A stretch of DNA of 43,562 bases from Burkholderiales bacterium (GCA_031396005.1 JANNJX010000001.1:1-43562); one strand, 5' to 3'; shown: positions 24,398 through 34,600, counted from the first letter of the stretch. The notes: a model not told the origin generated them from the sequence alone. Made by a program: numbers and translations.

Positions 24398-24778
24398 GAA
24401 GCCTTGCGGCCCCGGCGACGCCCGTGATCACGCGACATCCCGGCTGTCGACGCGAACGTGAACCGGCGTTCGGTTGGCAACTCCTTGCGCGGACAACTGT
24501 GCGCGACTACTCGCGTGGGACGACGCTCTGAAGGTCTGCTCTAGTCGGCGTCGATGGGCGACAACGGGTCGTGGGCCGTCGGCCAGTTCGGCGACATCAA
24601 TGACCGGTTCAGCGCGCGTTGCTGACATTGACCGAGCGGCGCTCCACAGTTCCCTGATGGCCGAGACCTGCTGTAGACCGTATCGTTTGCGGCGCGGCGA
24701 GGCGATCAGCTAACAGGCGCGTGCGCGTCAATACTCCTTCACGCCAGGCCTGCGTCGGCGCACTGAGCGGCACCAGAC

Positions 24779-25294
24779 CTAGGCTCGCAAATCCTCGAGC
24801 GTCTTGCCGCCGGCCAGGGCTTGCTTGAGCCAGTTCGGTTTCGGGCCACGGCCACTCCAGCTGTTGCCTGTGCGGTCCTTGTACTTGGCAGGCCCAGGCT
24901 TCTTCGCGCTTTTCGATGCGGTCTTCTTGATGGCAGTCTTGTTCGACCCCTCATTCGCCGTGGCCTTGATCGTGTCGCCGCCAACGGCAAAGTCCGCGAG
25001 CTTCTTGCCAGCATCCAGCGCGTCTCTCACCCACTGGGGGTATGGGCCACGGCCAATCCATGTGTTTCCCATGCCGTCAGAGAACCTTGGTCCGCCGGCG
25101 ATGGCCTTCTTCTGATTGGGCTTCACCTTCACAGGTGGGGAACTGTAGAGCTCTCGCGGCGCGATGCCGTAGACCTTGATAGCCTCTTTGATTCTGGCGA
25201 TGACGCCGGCCTTCTCCGCCTCGCGCAGCTTTGCCGCCTTCGCCTCGAGTGCCGCAATCTGCTTTTGGACCTGAGCGAGAGTCTGATTGGCCAT
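24779..25294 (-). CDS. H-NS-like nucleoid-associated protein with two tandem C-terminal DNA-binding domains
   Basis: The N-terminal coiled coil is LAQVQKQIAALEAKAAKLREAEKAGVIARIKEAI. Two copies of the H-NS signature follow: GNTWIGRGPYPQWVRDALDAGKKLADF and GNSWSGRGPKPNWLKQALAGGKTLEDL. Confidence 0.85.
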   Translation of the reverse strand: MANQTLAQVQKQIAALEAKAAKLREAEKAGVIARIKEAIKVYGIAPRELYSSPPVKVKPNQKKAIAGGPRFSDGMGNTWIGRGPYPQWVRDALDAGKKLADFAVGGDTIKATANEGSNKTAIKKTASKSAKKPGPAKYKDRTGNSWSGRGPKPNWLKQALAGGKTLEDLRA

Positions 25295-25339
25295 TTACGT
25301 CGGTCTCCAGGAGTGATTCGACCCGGAGTCTAAGTGCTC

Positions 25340-25698
25340 GCGCGCGCGGGGTCGCGCGAACTTGGACTCATTGCCGTGCGTCGTTGACTCACCCCGTAGG
25401 ACGCGAGCGCCCGCTCATGAGCGCGAACGTCGGCCCGATGTGCGAGCTGAGTCGCGCGCCCGTGCCGCAACGGGTACGGCGTGCAGGCCCCTTCGACCCT
25501 TTGCAGTCCTTCGCCCCTTGTGAAACCCGTCACTCACGTGTCGAAGGCTCGCCGCCGGCCGAGTGGGTGGCCCTGAACAAAGCCCGCAACTCGCATGAAC
25601 ACACGCCTCTTCCAACATCGGCCGAGCGCAGTCGGACAAGCTGCTCAATCGCTGAGCTCCCGTCAGCAAGTGAAGTCGGAGCGCCGCGGCAACGGCCG
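25340..25698 (-). mobile_element. Relic R2: decayed IS91/ISCR-family transposase fragment
   Basis: Minus-strand frames give SLADGSSAIEQLVRLRSAD (compare ADDRQALEQLCRYITRP) and PLRHGRATQLAHRADVRAHERALASYG (compare PLEF.QRLAAL.PRPRLHLIRFHGVLAPN). The plus-strand sequence aligns with R5, R7 and R8. Confidence 0.55.
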
Positions 25699-26730
25699 CT
25701 AAGCACTGGCCCGTTCGACCACCGCAAAGCCCAGATCGACGATGCGGCCATGTGAGTCGGCGCCCTCGAGGTGGGCCAGCAGCATTTCGCCGGCTCGCAG
25801 GCCCATCGCTTCGGCGCGCACCTGCATCGAAGTCAGCCGCGGCTCGGTGACGGCTGCGATCGGCAGGTCGGCGAAGCCCATGATCGCCAGATCCTGCGGC
25901 ACGCGGACGCGGCGGCGCGCGCACTCGAACAAGGCCGCGGCAGCGACCATGTCGTTGCTGCAGAAAATGGCCCGCGGCGGGGCCCTGGCCATCACTTCGA
26001 CCAGCGCAGCGCTCGCGTCGGCGGGTGTCGCAGGGAACGGCAGCAGCACACTGACCACCTCGGGCGCGCCGGCCGCGAGCGCGGCCTCGCGAAAGCCCTG
26101 CAGTCGCGCCACCGAACGGTCGTCGCCACCGCCGATGTACCCCAGCCGCGCGTGGCCCTTGCCGAGCAGGTAGCGCGCAGCGGCATGGCCGGCGGCGCGG
26201 TTGGAAAAACCGACCAGCAGGTGGATTGGGCGTTCGGCCAGGTCCCAGGTCTCCACTACCGGCACGCCGGCGCGCAGCACGCTGCTGCGCACGCCGCGGG
26301 CGTGGTGCACGCCGGTTAGCACCAGCCCGTCGACGCGACGGCCGAGAAAGGCCTGCACCAGCGCGACCTCATCGTCCTGCCGGTAGTGGGTTTGGCCGAG
26401 CAGCAACTGGTAGCGCTGCGGCGACAGCGCCTGGGCCAGGCCATCGATGGTGTCGGAAAAGATCGAGTTGGCGACCGTGGGCACGATCACCGCCACGGTC
26501 CGCGAACGCTTGGAGGCCAGGCTGCCTGCAGTCAGGTTGGGCACGTAGCGCAGGCGGTCGACGGCAGCGCGCACCGCCCTCAAGGTCTGCGGCGAAAGCT
26601 TGTCCGGCGTGTTCAGCGCCCGCGAGACCGTGATCGGGGCCACCCCGGCTTCGCGCGCCACGTCTTCCATGCGCACCCTGTCGGGCGATGCCCTGCGTTT
26701 GGCGGGCGGCGTTGCAGAAGGCATCGGCAA
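25699..26730 (-). CDS. LacI-family transcriptional regulator
   Basis: The HTH is MEDVAREAGVAPITVSRALN...AVDRLRYVPNLTAGSLA, followed by a periplasmic-binding-protein-like sugar-binding core. The true start may be an internal Met. Confidence 0.85.
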   Translation of the reverse strand: MPMPSATPPAKRRASPDRVRMEDVAREAGVAPITVSRALNTPDKLSPQTLRAVRAAVDRLRYVPNLTAGSLASKRSRTVAVIVPTVANSIFSDTIDGLAQALSPQRYQLLLGQTHYRQDDEVALVQAFLGRRVDGLVLTGVHHARGVRSSVLRAGVPVVETWDLAERPIHLLVGFSNRAAGHAAARYLLGKGHARLGYIGGGDDRSVARLQGFREAALAAGAPEVVSVLLPFPATPADASAALVEVMARAPPRAIFCSNDMVAAAALFECARRRVRVPQDLAIMGFADLPIAAVTEPRLTSMQVRAEAMGLRAGEMLLAHLEGADSHGRIVDLGFAVVERASA

Positions 26731-26785
26731 AGGGCCGTGAGGGTATGGCCTGAATTGACAGCGATCCTAACATCCGCAAGCATCG

Positions 26786-26801
26786 ATGGTAGCGCAACCA
26801 T
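26786..26801. promoter_or_regulatory. Candidate LacI-type operator palindrome
   Basis: ATGGTAGCGCAACCAT is palindromic at 14 of 16 positions around a central GC. It lies in the divergent LacI/PhyH intergenic region, 37 nt upstream of the PhyH ATG. Confidence 0.4.
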
Positions 26802-26837
26802 TGTTCGGGCTCAATTCGCCCAAAAGGAAACCGAGGC

Positions 26838-27731
26838 ATGGCCGACATCGACGCAGGTGTTGTGGAGCAGTACCGCCGCGACGGCTTCATCGTCGTCGAG
26901 GGGCTGCTCGACGACGTGACCCGTCGCCGCATGAAGCATGTGCTCGCCCAGCTGATCGAAAGCGCGCGCGCGGTGAGCTCGCACGACGATGTCTACGATC
27001 TCGAGCCCAGCCACAGCGCACAGCAGCCGCGGGTGCGACGCATCAAGAAGCCGCACCTGGTGGACCCGGTGTTCGCCGAGTTCATGCGCTCGCCGCGGCT
27101 GCTCGCGGTGCTCGGCGCGCTGCTCGGCCCGAGCGGCGTGCGCCTGCACGGATCGAAGCTCAACCTGAAGGCGCCCGAGGTCGGCTCGCCGGTGGAATGG
27201 CACCAGGACTGGGCCTTCTATCCGCACACCAACGACGATCTGCTGGCGGTCGGTGTGCTGCTCGACGACGCCACGGAGCAGAACGGGCCACTGATGGTCC
27301 TGCCCGGCAGCCACCGCGGCCCCACCTACGATCATCACGGCGCCGACGGCCGTTTCTGCGGCGCCATGGAGCCGACGCGCGACGGGCTCGACTTTGCTCG
27401 CGCCAAGCCCTTGATCGCGCCGGCCGGCGCCTGCTCGTTCCACCATGTTCGCGCCGTGCACGGCTCGGCGCAGAACCGCTCGGCGCAGTCGCGCAACCTG
27501 CTGCTCTACGAGTTCGCCGCGGCCGATGCGTTTCCGTTGATGGGCGTGGCCGAATGGAACGATTTCAACGCGCGGCTGCTGGTCGGCGAGCCGACCGTCG
27601 AGCCGCGCACGGTCGCCTGCCCGGTGCGCATGCCCTTGCCGCCGGCCGCGAACCAGGGCTCGATCTACGAGAACCAGACGGCGCTGCAGCGCCGTTACTT
27701 CGACCCTGCGCCGGCGCGGCAGTCCACCTGA
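26838..27731 (+). CDS. Phytanoyl-CoA dioxygenase (PhyH) family Fe(II)/2-oxoglutarate oxygenase
   Basis: The blocks YRRDGFIVVEGLL, WHQDWAFYPH (the His-x-Asp facial-triad context), NGPLMVLPGSH and FHHVRAVHGSAQN are typical of PhyH. Confidence 0.8.
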   Translation: MADIDAGVVEQYRRDGFIVVEGLLDDVTRRRMKHVLAQLIESARAVSSHDDVYDLEPSHSAQQPRVRRIKKPHLVDPVFAEFMRSPRLLAVLGALLGPSGVRLHGSKLNLKAPEVGSPVEWHQDWAFYPHTNDDLLAVGVLLDDATEQNGPLMVLPGSHRGPTYDHHGADGRFCGAMEPTRDGLDFARAKPLIAPAGACSFHHVRAVHGSAQNRSAQSRNLLLYEFAAADAFPLMGVAEWNDFNARLLVGEPTVEPRTVACPVRMPLPPAANQGSIYENQTALQRRYFDPAPARQST

Positions 27732-27751
27732 ACACACCCCAAGGAGACAAC

Positions 27752-28726
27752 ATGCTTGCCTTGCACACGCGATCCGCCCTCATGGCCGCCTTGATGACGC
27801 TCGCGGGCGGCGTATCGGCGCAGACGACGCTCACCTTCGGCGGCTCGGACGCCATCGGCTCGATCCTCGACCGGCAGAACCTGCGCTTCACCGCCTGCGT
27901 CAACGACAAGGCGAGCGCCAAGCTGAAAGTCAACTTCATCCAAGGCGAACAGCTCGGCAGCGACGTGCAGGTGATCGAGCAGACGATGCAGGGCTCGGTG
28001 CACATTTACGGCGACGTGCTCGACTGGTACGCCAACTGGGTCAAGGACTACGCCATCCTCGCCTGGGGCTTCACCTTCCGCGACGGCGACCACATGCAGA
28101 AGTTCCTCGACAGCCCGACCTACGCCGCGATGGCTGAGAAGTTGCGCAAGGAGCAGGGCCTGCGCATCCTGGCCGCGGCGCCGACGCAGCCGCGCATCCT
28201 GTTCTCGAAGAAACCGGTAGCCGCGCTCGCCGACCTCAACGGCGTGAAGATGCGCGTGCCCGAGATCAAGACCTACCTGACGCTGTGGGAAACGCTGGGC
28301 ACGCGCCCGTCGCGCCTTGCCTGGGGCGAGATCTACCTGGGGCTGAAGACCGGCGTGGTCGAAGCCGCCGAGGGGCCCATCTCGTCGGCCTACTCCGCCA
28401 AGTTCCACGAAGCCGCGAACCACGTGATCCGCACCGACCACCTGATGTCCTCTGCCCACATCACGATCAACGAAAAGTCCTTCACCGCGCTGGCGCCCGA
28501 CGTGCAGAAGGTGGTGACCGACTGCGCGGCCGACGCGGTGCAGAACACCCGCAAGACCGCGCAGGCCGAGACCGAGGACGTGGTGCGCAAGATGGCGGCC
28601 GAGGGCGCCAAGGTCACGCCGATCGACAAGGCGCCGATCCAGCAGCGCGCCAAGGAAGGCGTGGCCAAGATGGAGAAGGACGGCGCCTGGTCCACCGGGC
28701 TGTGGGACCAGATCCAGAAGCTGTAG
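27752..28726 (+). CDS. TRAP transporter substrate-binding protein (DctP family)
   Basis: AAGGAG precedes ATG 27752. A signal peptide and DctP-like blocks (GVKMRVPE, WETLGTRP, EIYLGLKTGVVEAAEGP) are present. The long N-terminal extension of ORF 26786.. is an out-of-frame overlay on the PhyH gene. Confidence 0.85.
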   Translation: MLALHTRSALMAALMTLAGGVSAQTTLTFGGSDAIGSILDRQNLRFTACVNDKASAKLKVNFIQGEQLGSDVQVIEQTMQGSVHIYGDVLDWYANWVKDYAILAWGFTFRDGDHMQKFLDSPTYAAMAEKLRKEQGLRILAAAPTQPRILFSKKPVAALADLNGVKMRVPEIKTYLTLWETLGTRPSRLAWGEIYLGLKTGVVEAAEGPISSAYSAKFHEAANHVIRTDHLMSSAHITINEKSFTALAPDVQKVVTDCAADAVQNTRKTAQAETEDVVRKMAAEGAKVTPIDKAPIQQRAKEGVAKMEKDGAWSTGLWDQIQKL

Positions 28727-28730
28727 CCGC

Positions 28731-29246
28731 ATGCTCGCCGCGTACAAGCGCCTGCTCGACCGCATCGGCGCGCTTGAGCTCGGCCTCGGCGTGGCGCTGA
28801 TCGTGCTCATCGTCAGCGCCATCACTGTGCAGGTGTTCACCCGCTATGCGCTGGGCCGGCCGATCGCGTGGGTCGAGGAGTCGGCGACCTATGCGTTCAT
28901 CTGGATGGTCTTCGTCGGCGCCAGCCTCGGCCTGAAGCACGGGCGGCATATCTTCATCGCCACCGTCGGCAGCCGCCTGCCGCCGCGCGCCGGCGCCGCG
29001 CTGCGCGCGCTGGTGTGGCTGCTGATGCTGGTCACGCTCGGCGTGCTGGTGGTGCAGGGCATCAAGGTGATGGGCGTCGAGTCGCGATCGAGCACCATCT
29101 CGCTGCCGATCGAGCTGCCGCGCAGCTGGTTCTATTCGTTGCCGCTCACCGTGTCGGCAGCGTCGATGGCGTTGACCACGCTGTGGCTGCTGCTGCGCGA
29201 CCTCGCGCTGATGGGTGGCCGCCGCGAGCCCTCGACCGCCGCATGA
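28731..29246 (+). CDS. TRAP transporter small permease (DctQ family)
   Basis: This 171-aa protein has four transmembrane segments. It lies between DctP and DctM and overlaps dctM by ATGA. Confidence 0.8.
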   Translation: MLAAYKRLLDRIGALELGLGVALIVLIVSAITVQVFTRYALGRPIAWVEESATYAFIWMVFVGASLGLKHGRHIFIATVGSRLPPRAGAALRALVWLLMLVTLGVLVVQGIKVMGVESRSSTISLPIELPRSWFYSLPLTVSAASMALTTLWLLLRDLALMGGRREPSTAA

Positions 29247-30532
29247 CTTTGCTGCTGCTGTTCGGCATGCTGGCCGTGCTGATCGCGCTCGAGATGCCGG
29301 TGGCCTTCGCGATGGGGCTGTCGGCCATCGTCACGATCGTGCTCACGCAGCCGATCCCGCTGTCGATCGTCGTGCAGCGCATGGGCACCGGGCTGGACAG
29401 CTTCGTGCTGATCGCGATTCCGCTGTTCGTGCTGGCCGGGCACCTGCTCAACCGCGCCGGCATCGCCGACCGCATCTTCGCCTTCGCCGCCGCGCTGGTC
29501 GGCCATATCCGCGGCGGGCTGGCGCACGTCAACGTCGTCGCCAGCATGATCTTCGCCGGCATGAGCGGCGTGGCGCAGGCCGACGCGGCCGGGCTCGGCG
29601 TGGTCGAGGTCAACGCGATGCGCAAGGAGGGGTTCGACCCGGCGTTCGCCGCCGCGGTCAGCGCCGCCTCGTCGATCATCGGCCCGATCATCCCGCCGTC
29701 GGTGATCATGGTCGTGTACGCGGTGATGGTGCAGGTGTCGGTGGCCGAGATGTTCCTCGCCGGGTTCCTTCCGGGCCTGCTGATGGGCGGCAGCCTGATG
29801 GTGGCGATCTACTGGATGGTGCGCACCGGCCGCATCGCCTCGCCGCAGACACAACCGCTGTCGTATCCGCGCCTGGGCCGCACCTTCGTGCGCGCCCTGC
29901 CCGCGCTGGCCGCGCCGGTGCTGCTGACCGTGGGCCTGCTGGCCGGCGTGGCCACGCCCACCGAACTGGGCGCGCTGACGGTCGTCTACGCGGCGGCGCT
30001 GGGCTTCCTGCAGCGCGAGCTGCGCTGGCGCGACGTGTTCGAGGCGCTGCGCGAAACGCTGGTCACCTGCGGCGTGCTGGTCTTCATCATCGCCTGCGCG
30101 GTGCCATTCGGCTGGATCGTCGCCACCTCGCAGGCGCCGATGAAGCTGGCGCAATTCATGATGTCGATCTCCGACAACAAGTACGTGATTCTCGCGGTCA
30201 TCAACATCGCGCTGCTGATGATCGGTTGTGTGATGGAGACCACGGCGATTCTGCTGATCGCCACGCCGACCCTGTTCCCGCTGATCGTCGCACTCGGCAT
30301 CGACCCTGTGCACTTCGGCATCGTGCTGATCGTCAACCTGCTGATCGGCACGCTGACGCCGCCCTTCGGCGTGATTTTGTTCATCATGATGGACATCGCC
30401 AAGATCAGCTTGGCGCAGATGACGCGCGCAGTGCTGCCGTTCTACGTGCCGCTGCTGGCGACGCTGATCATCATCACCTACTGGGCCGACTTCGTGCTGG
30501 CGGTGCCGCGCTTGTTCGGCAAGGCGAATTGA
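29243..30532 (+). CDS. TRAP transporter large permease (DctM family)
   Basis: The protein starts MTLLLLFGMLAVLIALEMPVAFAMGLSAIV and is a ~430-aa polytopic protein with typical DctM blocks (FAGMSGVAQADAA, TPPFGVILF). Confidence 0.85.
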   Translation: MTLLLLFGMLAVLIALEMPVAFAMGLSAIVTIVLTQPIPLSIVVQRMGTGLDSFVLIAIPLFVLAGHLLNRAGIADRIFAFAAALVGHIRGGLAHVNVVASMIFAGMSGVAQADAAGLGVVEVNAMRKEGFDPAFAAAVSAASSIIGPIIPPSVIMVVYAVMVQVSVAEMFLAGFLPGLLMGGSLMVAIYWMVRTGRIASPQTQPLSYPRLGRTFVRALPALAAPVLLTVGLLAGVATPTELGALTVVYAAALGFLQRELRWRDVFEALRETLVTCGVLVFIIACAVPFGWIVATSQAPMKLAQFMMSISDNKYVILAVINIALLMIGCVMETTAILLIATPTLFPLIVALGIDPVHFGIVLIVNLLIGTLTPPFGVILFIMMDIAKISLAQMTRAVLPFYVPLLATLIIITYWADFVLAVPRLFGKAN

Positions 30533-30779
30533 CTGGTAGGCCATGCTCGGATCGAACCAACGAACAAAGGAATATGAGACCGGCGGGCACGGTCGCTCAC
30601 GTGATCGAACAGCGTAGTGCGGGCTTCATGATCAGGCCGCGGGCGAAGTTCGGCGCGTGAGCAGCGGGGTGCAGGAATGACGTGTTTGGCGGCTGGCGCT
30701 CCAGCGCAACCACCGACCCAAAAGGTTTGACTCCCGTCGTCGCCGCGACCCGCCGAAACTTCTTTTGCAGCACATCGTC

Positions 30780-31030
30780 AACATCAATCGACCGTCATGT
30801 GAAGCTGACGGTCGTTTCTGCTACACCGGGAGCGGCCGCAACCAGTCTGAAGGGAGCGCTTGACCGGCGGCGATGACGGTTTCTTCCTGGCCGGGAGCTC
30901 GGGTAGACGGTTCGCATTCTGCCCACGCCCACTCGCCATCCTCCGCAAGTAGGCCCGCCGCCCGCCCTCCGAACTGCCGCCGTGCATGAATCCGCCGTTC
31001 AGGGGATGACTACCTGCCAACGCAGTTCGG
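30780..31030 (-). mobile_element. Relic R3: tail-only fragment of the same repeat family
   Basis: The plus strand aligns at roughly 70 percent by eye with R4 and R8 tails (e.g. CTGAAGGGAGCGCTTGACC and TTCGCATTCTGCCCACGCCCACTCGCCATCCTCCGCAAG versus R4 TTCGCTTTCTTCCCACGCCCACTGACCCTCGTCCGCAAG). A 9-bp perfect hairpin lies at 30789-30814. Confidence 0.45.
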
Positions 31031-31200
31031 CAACGCGGTTGCCACCTATGACCGCTCCGGGGGTCCAGCAGTGTTTGTGGACGAGCCGCCCCGAGATGCT
31101 CTTGCCATCAACTTCGGGGACGATCGCAGGTACGTGCTGACCCCTGCGGCCTTCCTCCACGTAGGCAATCATGGTGTGTCGCACAGGCTGCCCCTCGACG

Positions 31201-31360
31201 AGAAGGCGCTTGGCCTGGTCAATCATGGGCGCCGGCCAGGTGAAGGTGATCAACGTAAGCCTCGGGGTCTTTCTTTCGGCGGTGGTCGACGAGCTCAACG
31301 ACGGGTGAACGAGGCCCTACGAGGCGGGCGTCATCCTGGTGTGCGCCGCGGGCAACATCG
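31201..31360 (+). pseudogene. Fragment of an S8 (subtilisin-like) peptidase gene with an in-frame TGA
   Basis: One frame reads RRRLAWSIMGAGQVKVINVSLGVFLSAVVDELNDG*TRPYEAGVILVCAAGN. It contains two S8 blocks (VINxSLG and AAGN) but no Asp or Ser blocks and no plausible start. Confidence 0.5.
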
Positions 31361-31646
31361 TGAACCCGGTGGTGGCGCGGGCACGGCTGCGCGCGACCAC
31401 AAGCTCCGAGGGGCGCGTCCTTGTTGAGGGGTCGTTCGGCGCGCCCTTGAAGATTCAGGGCGTCTCCGGGGTCGGCAGCGATGGACTCTTGCACAGGGAG
31501 TCGGCCGGCACCGCTCCACCCCTAGGACGATGCCGATCGTCAGAGGTTCTTGGGGAGGCGGGACGCCGGGCCGCCGCCTACATTGAGTTGAACAGTGGCT
31601 CGCGCAACTCCGCTCAGCCGCTCAGCCAGACGCAGGGAGACAGCAC

Positions 31647-34600
31647 ATGCGCTACGAGATCAGGGGCAAGGTCATCGACTCCTTCACCGGCGACCCGATC
31701 GGCGGCGTGCGCGTCGAGGCCTGGGACAAGGACTTTCTGTTCGTGGACGACCACCTCGGTTCGGCCAGCACGCGCAGCGACGGTTCGTTCACGATCACCT
31801 TCGACGAGGCTGCGTTCCGCGACATCTTCCTCGACCGCTGGCCGGACCTGTACTTCAAGGTGTGGTGCAGCAACGAACTGCTCGCATCGACCGAGGACTC
31901 GGTGCTGTGGAACGTGCGTCAGCCGCAGGTCGGCGTCGAGATCAAGGCGCAGCACCCGAAGCCGCCGGTGTGCGACGAGCGGCACATCTACCTGAAGATC
32001 GAGCGCATCGACCCGTACAGCCCCGTCAAGCCGCAGGACAAGGTGGTGCCGCCGGTGCAGTACGGACGCGATTGCATGCGCAACCACGGCCACGAGAACG
32101 CGCTGATCCCGCAGGCCGAGATCGACGCGCGCTCGCTCACCGCGGTCGTCTATCGCGAGTACCTCGACTCCGGCTACTTGATCCCGAAGCCCGACAAGCT
32201 GATCGCGGCCGACATCAACGAGCCCGCCTACGACCACCGCGTGCCGGGCACCGTGATCTACACGCGGCCCTGCCAGCGGCTGAAGATCCACGTCTGGAAC
32301 ACCGACGACGTGTCGCACTCGCTGCATGCGCATGGCGTGCGCTACGGCATCGATTCCGACGGCTCGTGGCCATTCGGCACCCAGGCAGCGCACCACGGCG
32401 GGCGCTCCGACGCCATCTGTCCCGGCGACACCTGGACCTATACCTTCGACGTGCCCGACAACGCGCTCGGCGCCTGGCCGTTTCACGACCACACGCACCA
32501 CACCGACATGAAGATCGAGCAGGGGCTGTTCGGCGGCATCGTCGTGCTCGGCCCCTGCGACCGCCCACCGCGGCGCTTCCGCTTCCCGTGGCGGCTGTTG
32601 CGGCCGATCTACCTCGACATCGAGCGGCTCGAGAAGCTGCCGGTGTTGCGCGACAAGCGCCTGCCGGAGAAGTTCGAGTTCGACGAAGAGACGATCCTCA
32701 CGCTGGCGCCGCACATCCATCTGCGCCGGCTGAAGGCCGAGACGCGACAGTTGCTGAAGCAGCATCTCGAGTTCCTCGAAGAGTTCGCGGTGAGGGAGCT
32801 GGCGCTGCCGCGCCGCTTCGTCGATACCGACCACGTGCCGGTGTTCTTCCACCTGATGAGCAACCCCACCGGCAAGCCGGTGTTCGACACTGGCGACATC
32901 GAAGAGCTCGGCGGCGAGGCCGAACTGGTGTTCGACACCGCCGGCGACTTCGAGTACTTCTGCCGCATCCATCCGGAGATGACCGGCGTCGTGCACGTCG
33001 TGCCCGGCGGCCCCGATCCGGTGACGGTGACGATCGTCGGCGGGCCGCCGATGGCCTTCAGCCCGGCAGAGGTGACGGTCGGCGTCGGCGGCACGGTGCG
33101 CTGGATCAACGACAGCATCTTCCACCACACGGCCACGTCGAAGCAGGGCGCGACGATGCCCACGCACTGCATCAACGGCCGCGGCTTCGTCGGCAACACG
33201 CCGACCATCGTCGGGCGCAGCGGCCAGCGCATCCGCTGGTACGTGTTCAACCTCGACACCAGCGAAACCTGGCACAACTTCCATCCGCATGCGATGCGCT
33301 GGAAGTTCGGCGGAGAGTCGGTCGACATCCGCAGCATGGGACCAGCCGAATCGTTCGTCGTCGAGGCCGAAATCCCGCCGGTGTTGCTGCTCAGCGCCGA
33401 CGAAGAGAAGGCGCAAGACCCGGCGCACCGCCCGCGCGGCGCGACGCTGCGCCGCTTGAAGGGCGATTTCGTCTTCCATTGCCACGTGCATCACCACATG
33501 GCCAACGGTATGGTCGGCCTGGTGCGCGCGCGGCAGAGCATCTGGCTCACCGACGCAATGGCGCACGAGATCAGCCACCGCACCGGCTTGCCGCTCGACG
33601 ACGGCAGCAACGCCTGCCCGGACGTCGATCCGCATCCCTGCCACGGCCACGGCGGCGGGCGATGGGAAGAAGTCGCTGGCGCGCCCGAGGTGGCGTTCAT
33701 GCACTCGGTGCTGCTGCCGAACACGCAGCGCGTGCTGTACTGGGGCTACACACGAGCGGACCAGTCGCGCGTGTGGGACTACTCGACGCCGGCGGGCAGC
33801 TACCTGCTGCCGGCGAACCAGCCTGCGGACTCGCCGGGCCTGAATCCGAGCACATCTGACATGTGGTCCGCGGAACACACGGTGCTCGACACCGCGCCCG
33901 GCACCGTGCTCATCCACGGCGGCTTCTCGCCCGACAAGGCGTTCAACTTCGACCCCGCCGCATTGACCTGGACGCGCGTCGGCGACACCGCCGAGAACCG
34001 TTTCTACTCGACCACCTTGACGCTCGCCGACAGCACCGCGGTCACGCTGTACGGGCCGAGCGCAAAGAACTTCGAGCGCTACACGCACGGCGTCGGCTGG
34101 GCCGCGCCGGTGGGATTCGCGGCCTCGATGAACCACCACCAGTTCTACCCGTGGACCTACCTGCTGCCCGACGGCCGCCTGTTCATCGCCGGGCCGCACG
34201 ACCCGACGCATCGGCTCGACCTGGCAACGCCGCTGGCGCCGGAGTCATTCGCCACGATTGCCGGCAACCGCAGCACCGGCGGCGAGAAAGGCACGTCGGT
34301 GCTGTTCATACTGCGACCGCCGAACTACGAGCCGGTGGCCTGCATTGCGGGCGGCAACCCGGCGCCGGCGCAGAGCACCGCCGAGACGATCGACCTGTCG
34401 GCCGCGACGCCGGCGTGGACCGCGCTGCCGAACCTGAACGTGCCGCGCCCCGAGCAATTCACCGCAACCCTGCTGCCCGATGGCCGTGTCTTCATCGCCG
34501 GCGGCGTCAGCGGCGGCGCCGACGGCGGCGTGTGCGAGATCTTCGATCCGCGCAATCCGGGCGACGGCTGGGTGACCGGCCCGCCGATGAAATACGTGCG

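Noticed and set aside
24428-24628. 66-aa minus-strand ORF in the spacer between the HD gene and the H-NS gene
   Set aside because: It has no RBS, no motif and an Arg-rich C-terminal half. It is probably non-coding spacer or a small unrecognisable gene remnant.
26786-27751. N-terminal ~320-aa extension of ORF 26786..28726, which would make a 646-aa DctP
   Set aside because: The extension is Arg/Ala-rich and out of frame over the well-supported PhyH gene. A strong AAGGAG plus ATG at 27752, followed by a signal peptide, marks the real DctP start. The same reasoning trims ORFs 28868..30532, 19840..21810, 21564..23327, 22667..23842, 38154..39212, 35513..36679 and 14604..17339.
30999-31298. 99-aa minus-strand ORF between relic R3 and the copper gene
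   Set aside because: It lies antisense to the S8 peptidase fragment (VINVSLG...AAGN on the plus strand). It has no RBS or recognisable motif, so it is probably a shadow ORF. A blastp search could overturn this.
31614-34211. 865-aa minus-strand ORF, and a 754-aa plus-strand ORF at 31595..33859, both overlapping the copper megaprotein gene
   Set aside because: Both are Arg/Ala/Gly/Pro-rich shadow ORFs of the kind generated by very high GC content. They have no motifs, and the 31647..35018 frame carries all the copper-ligand and propeller motifs.
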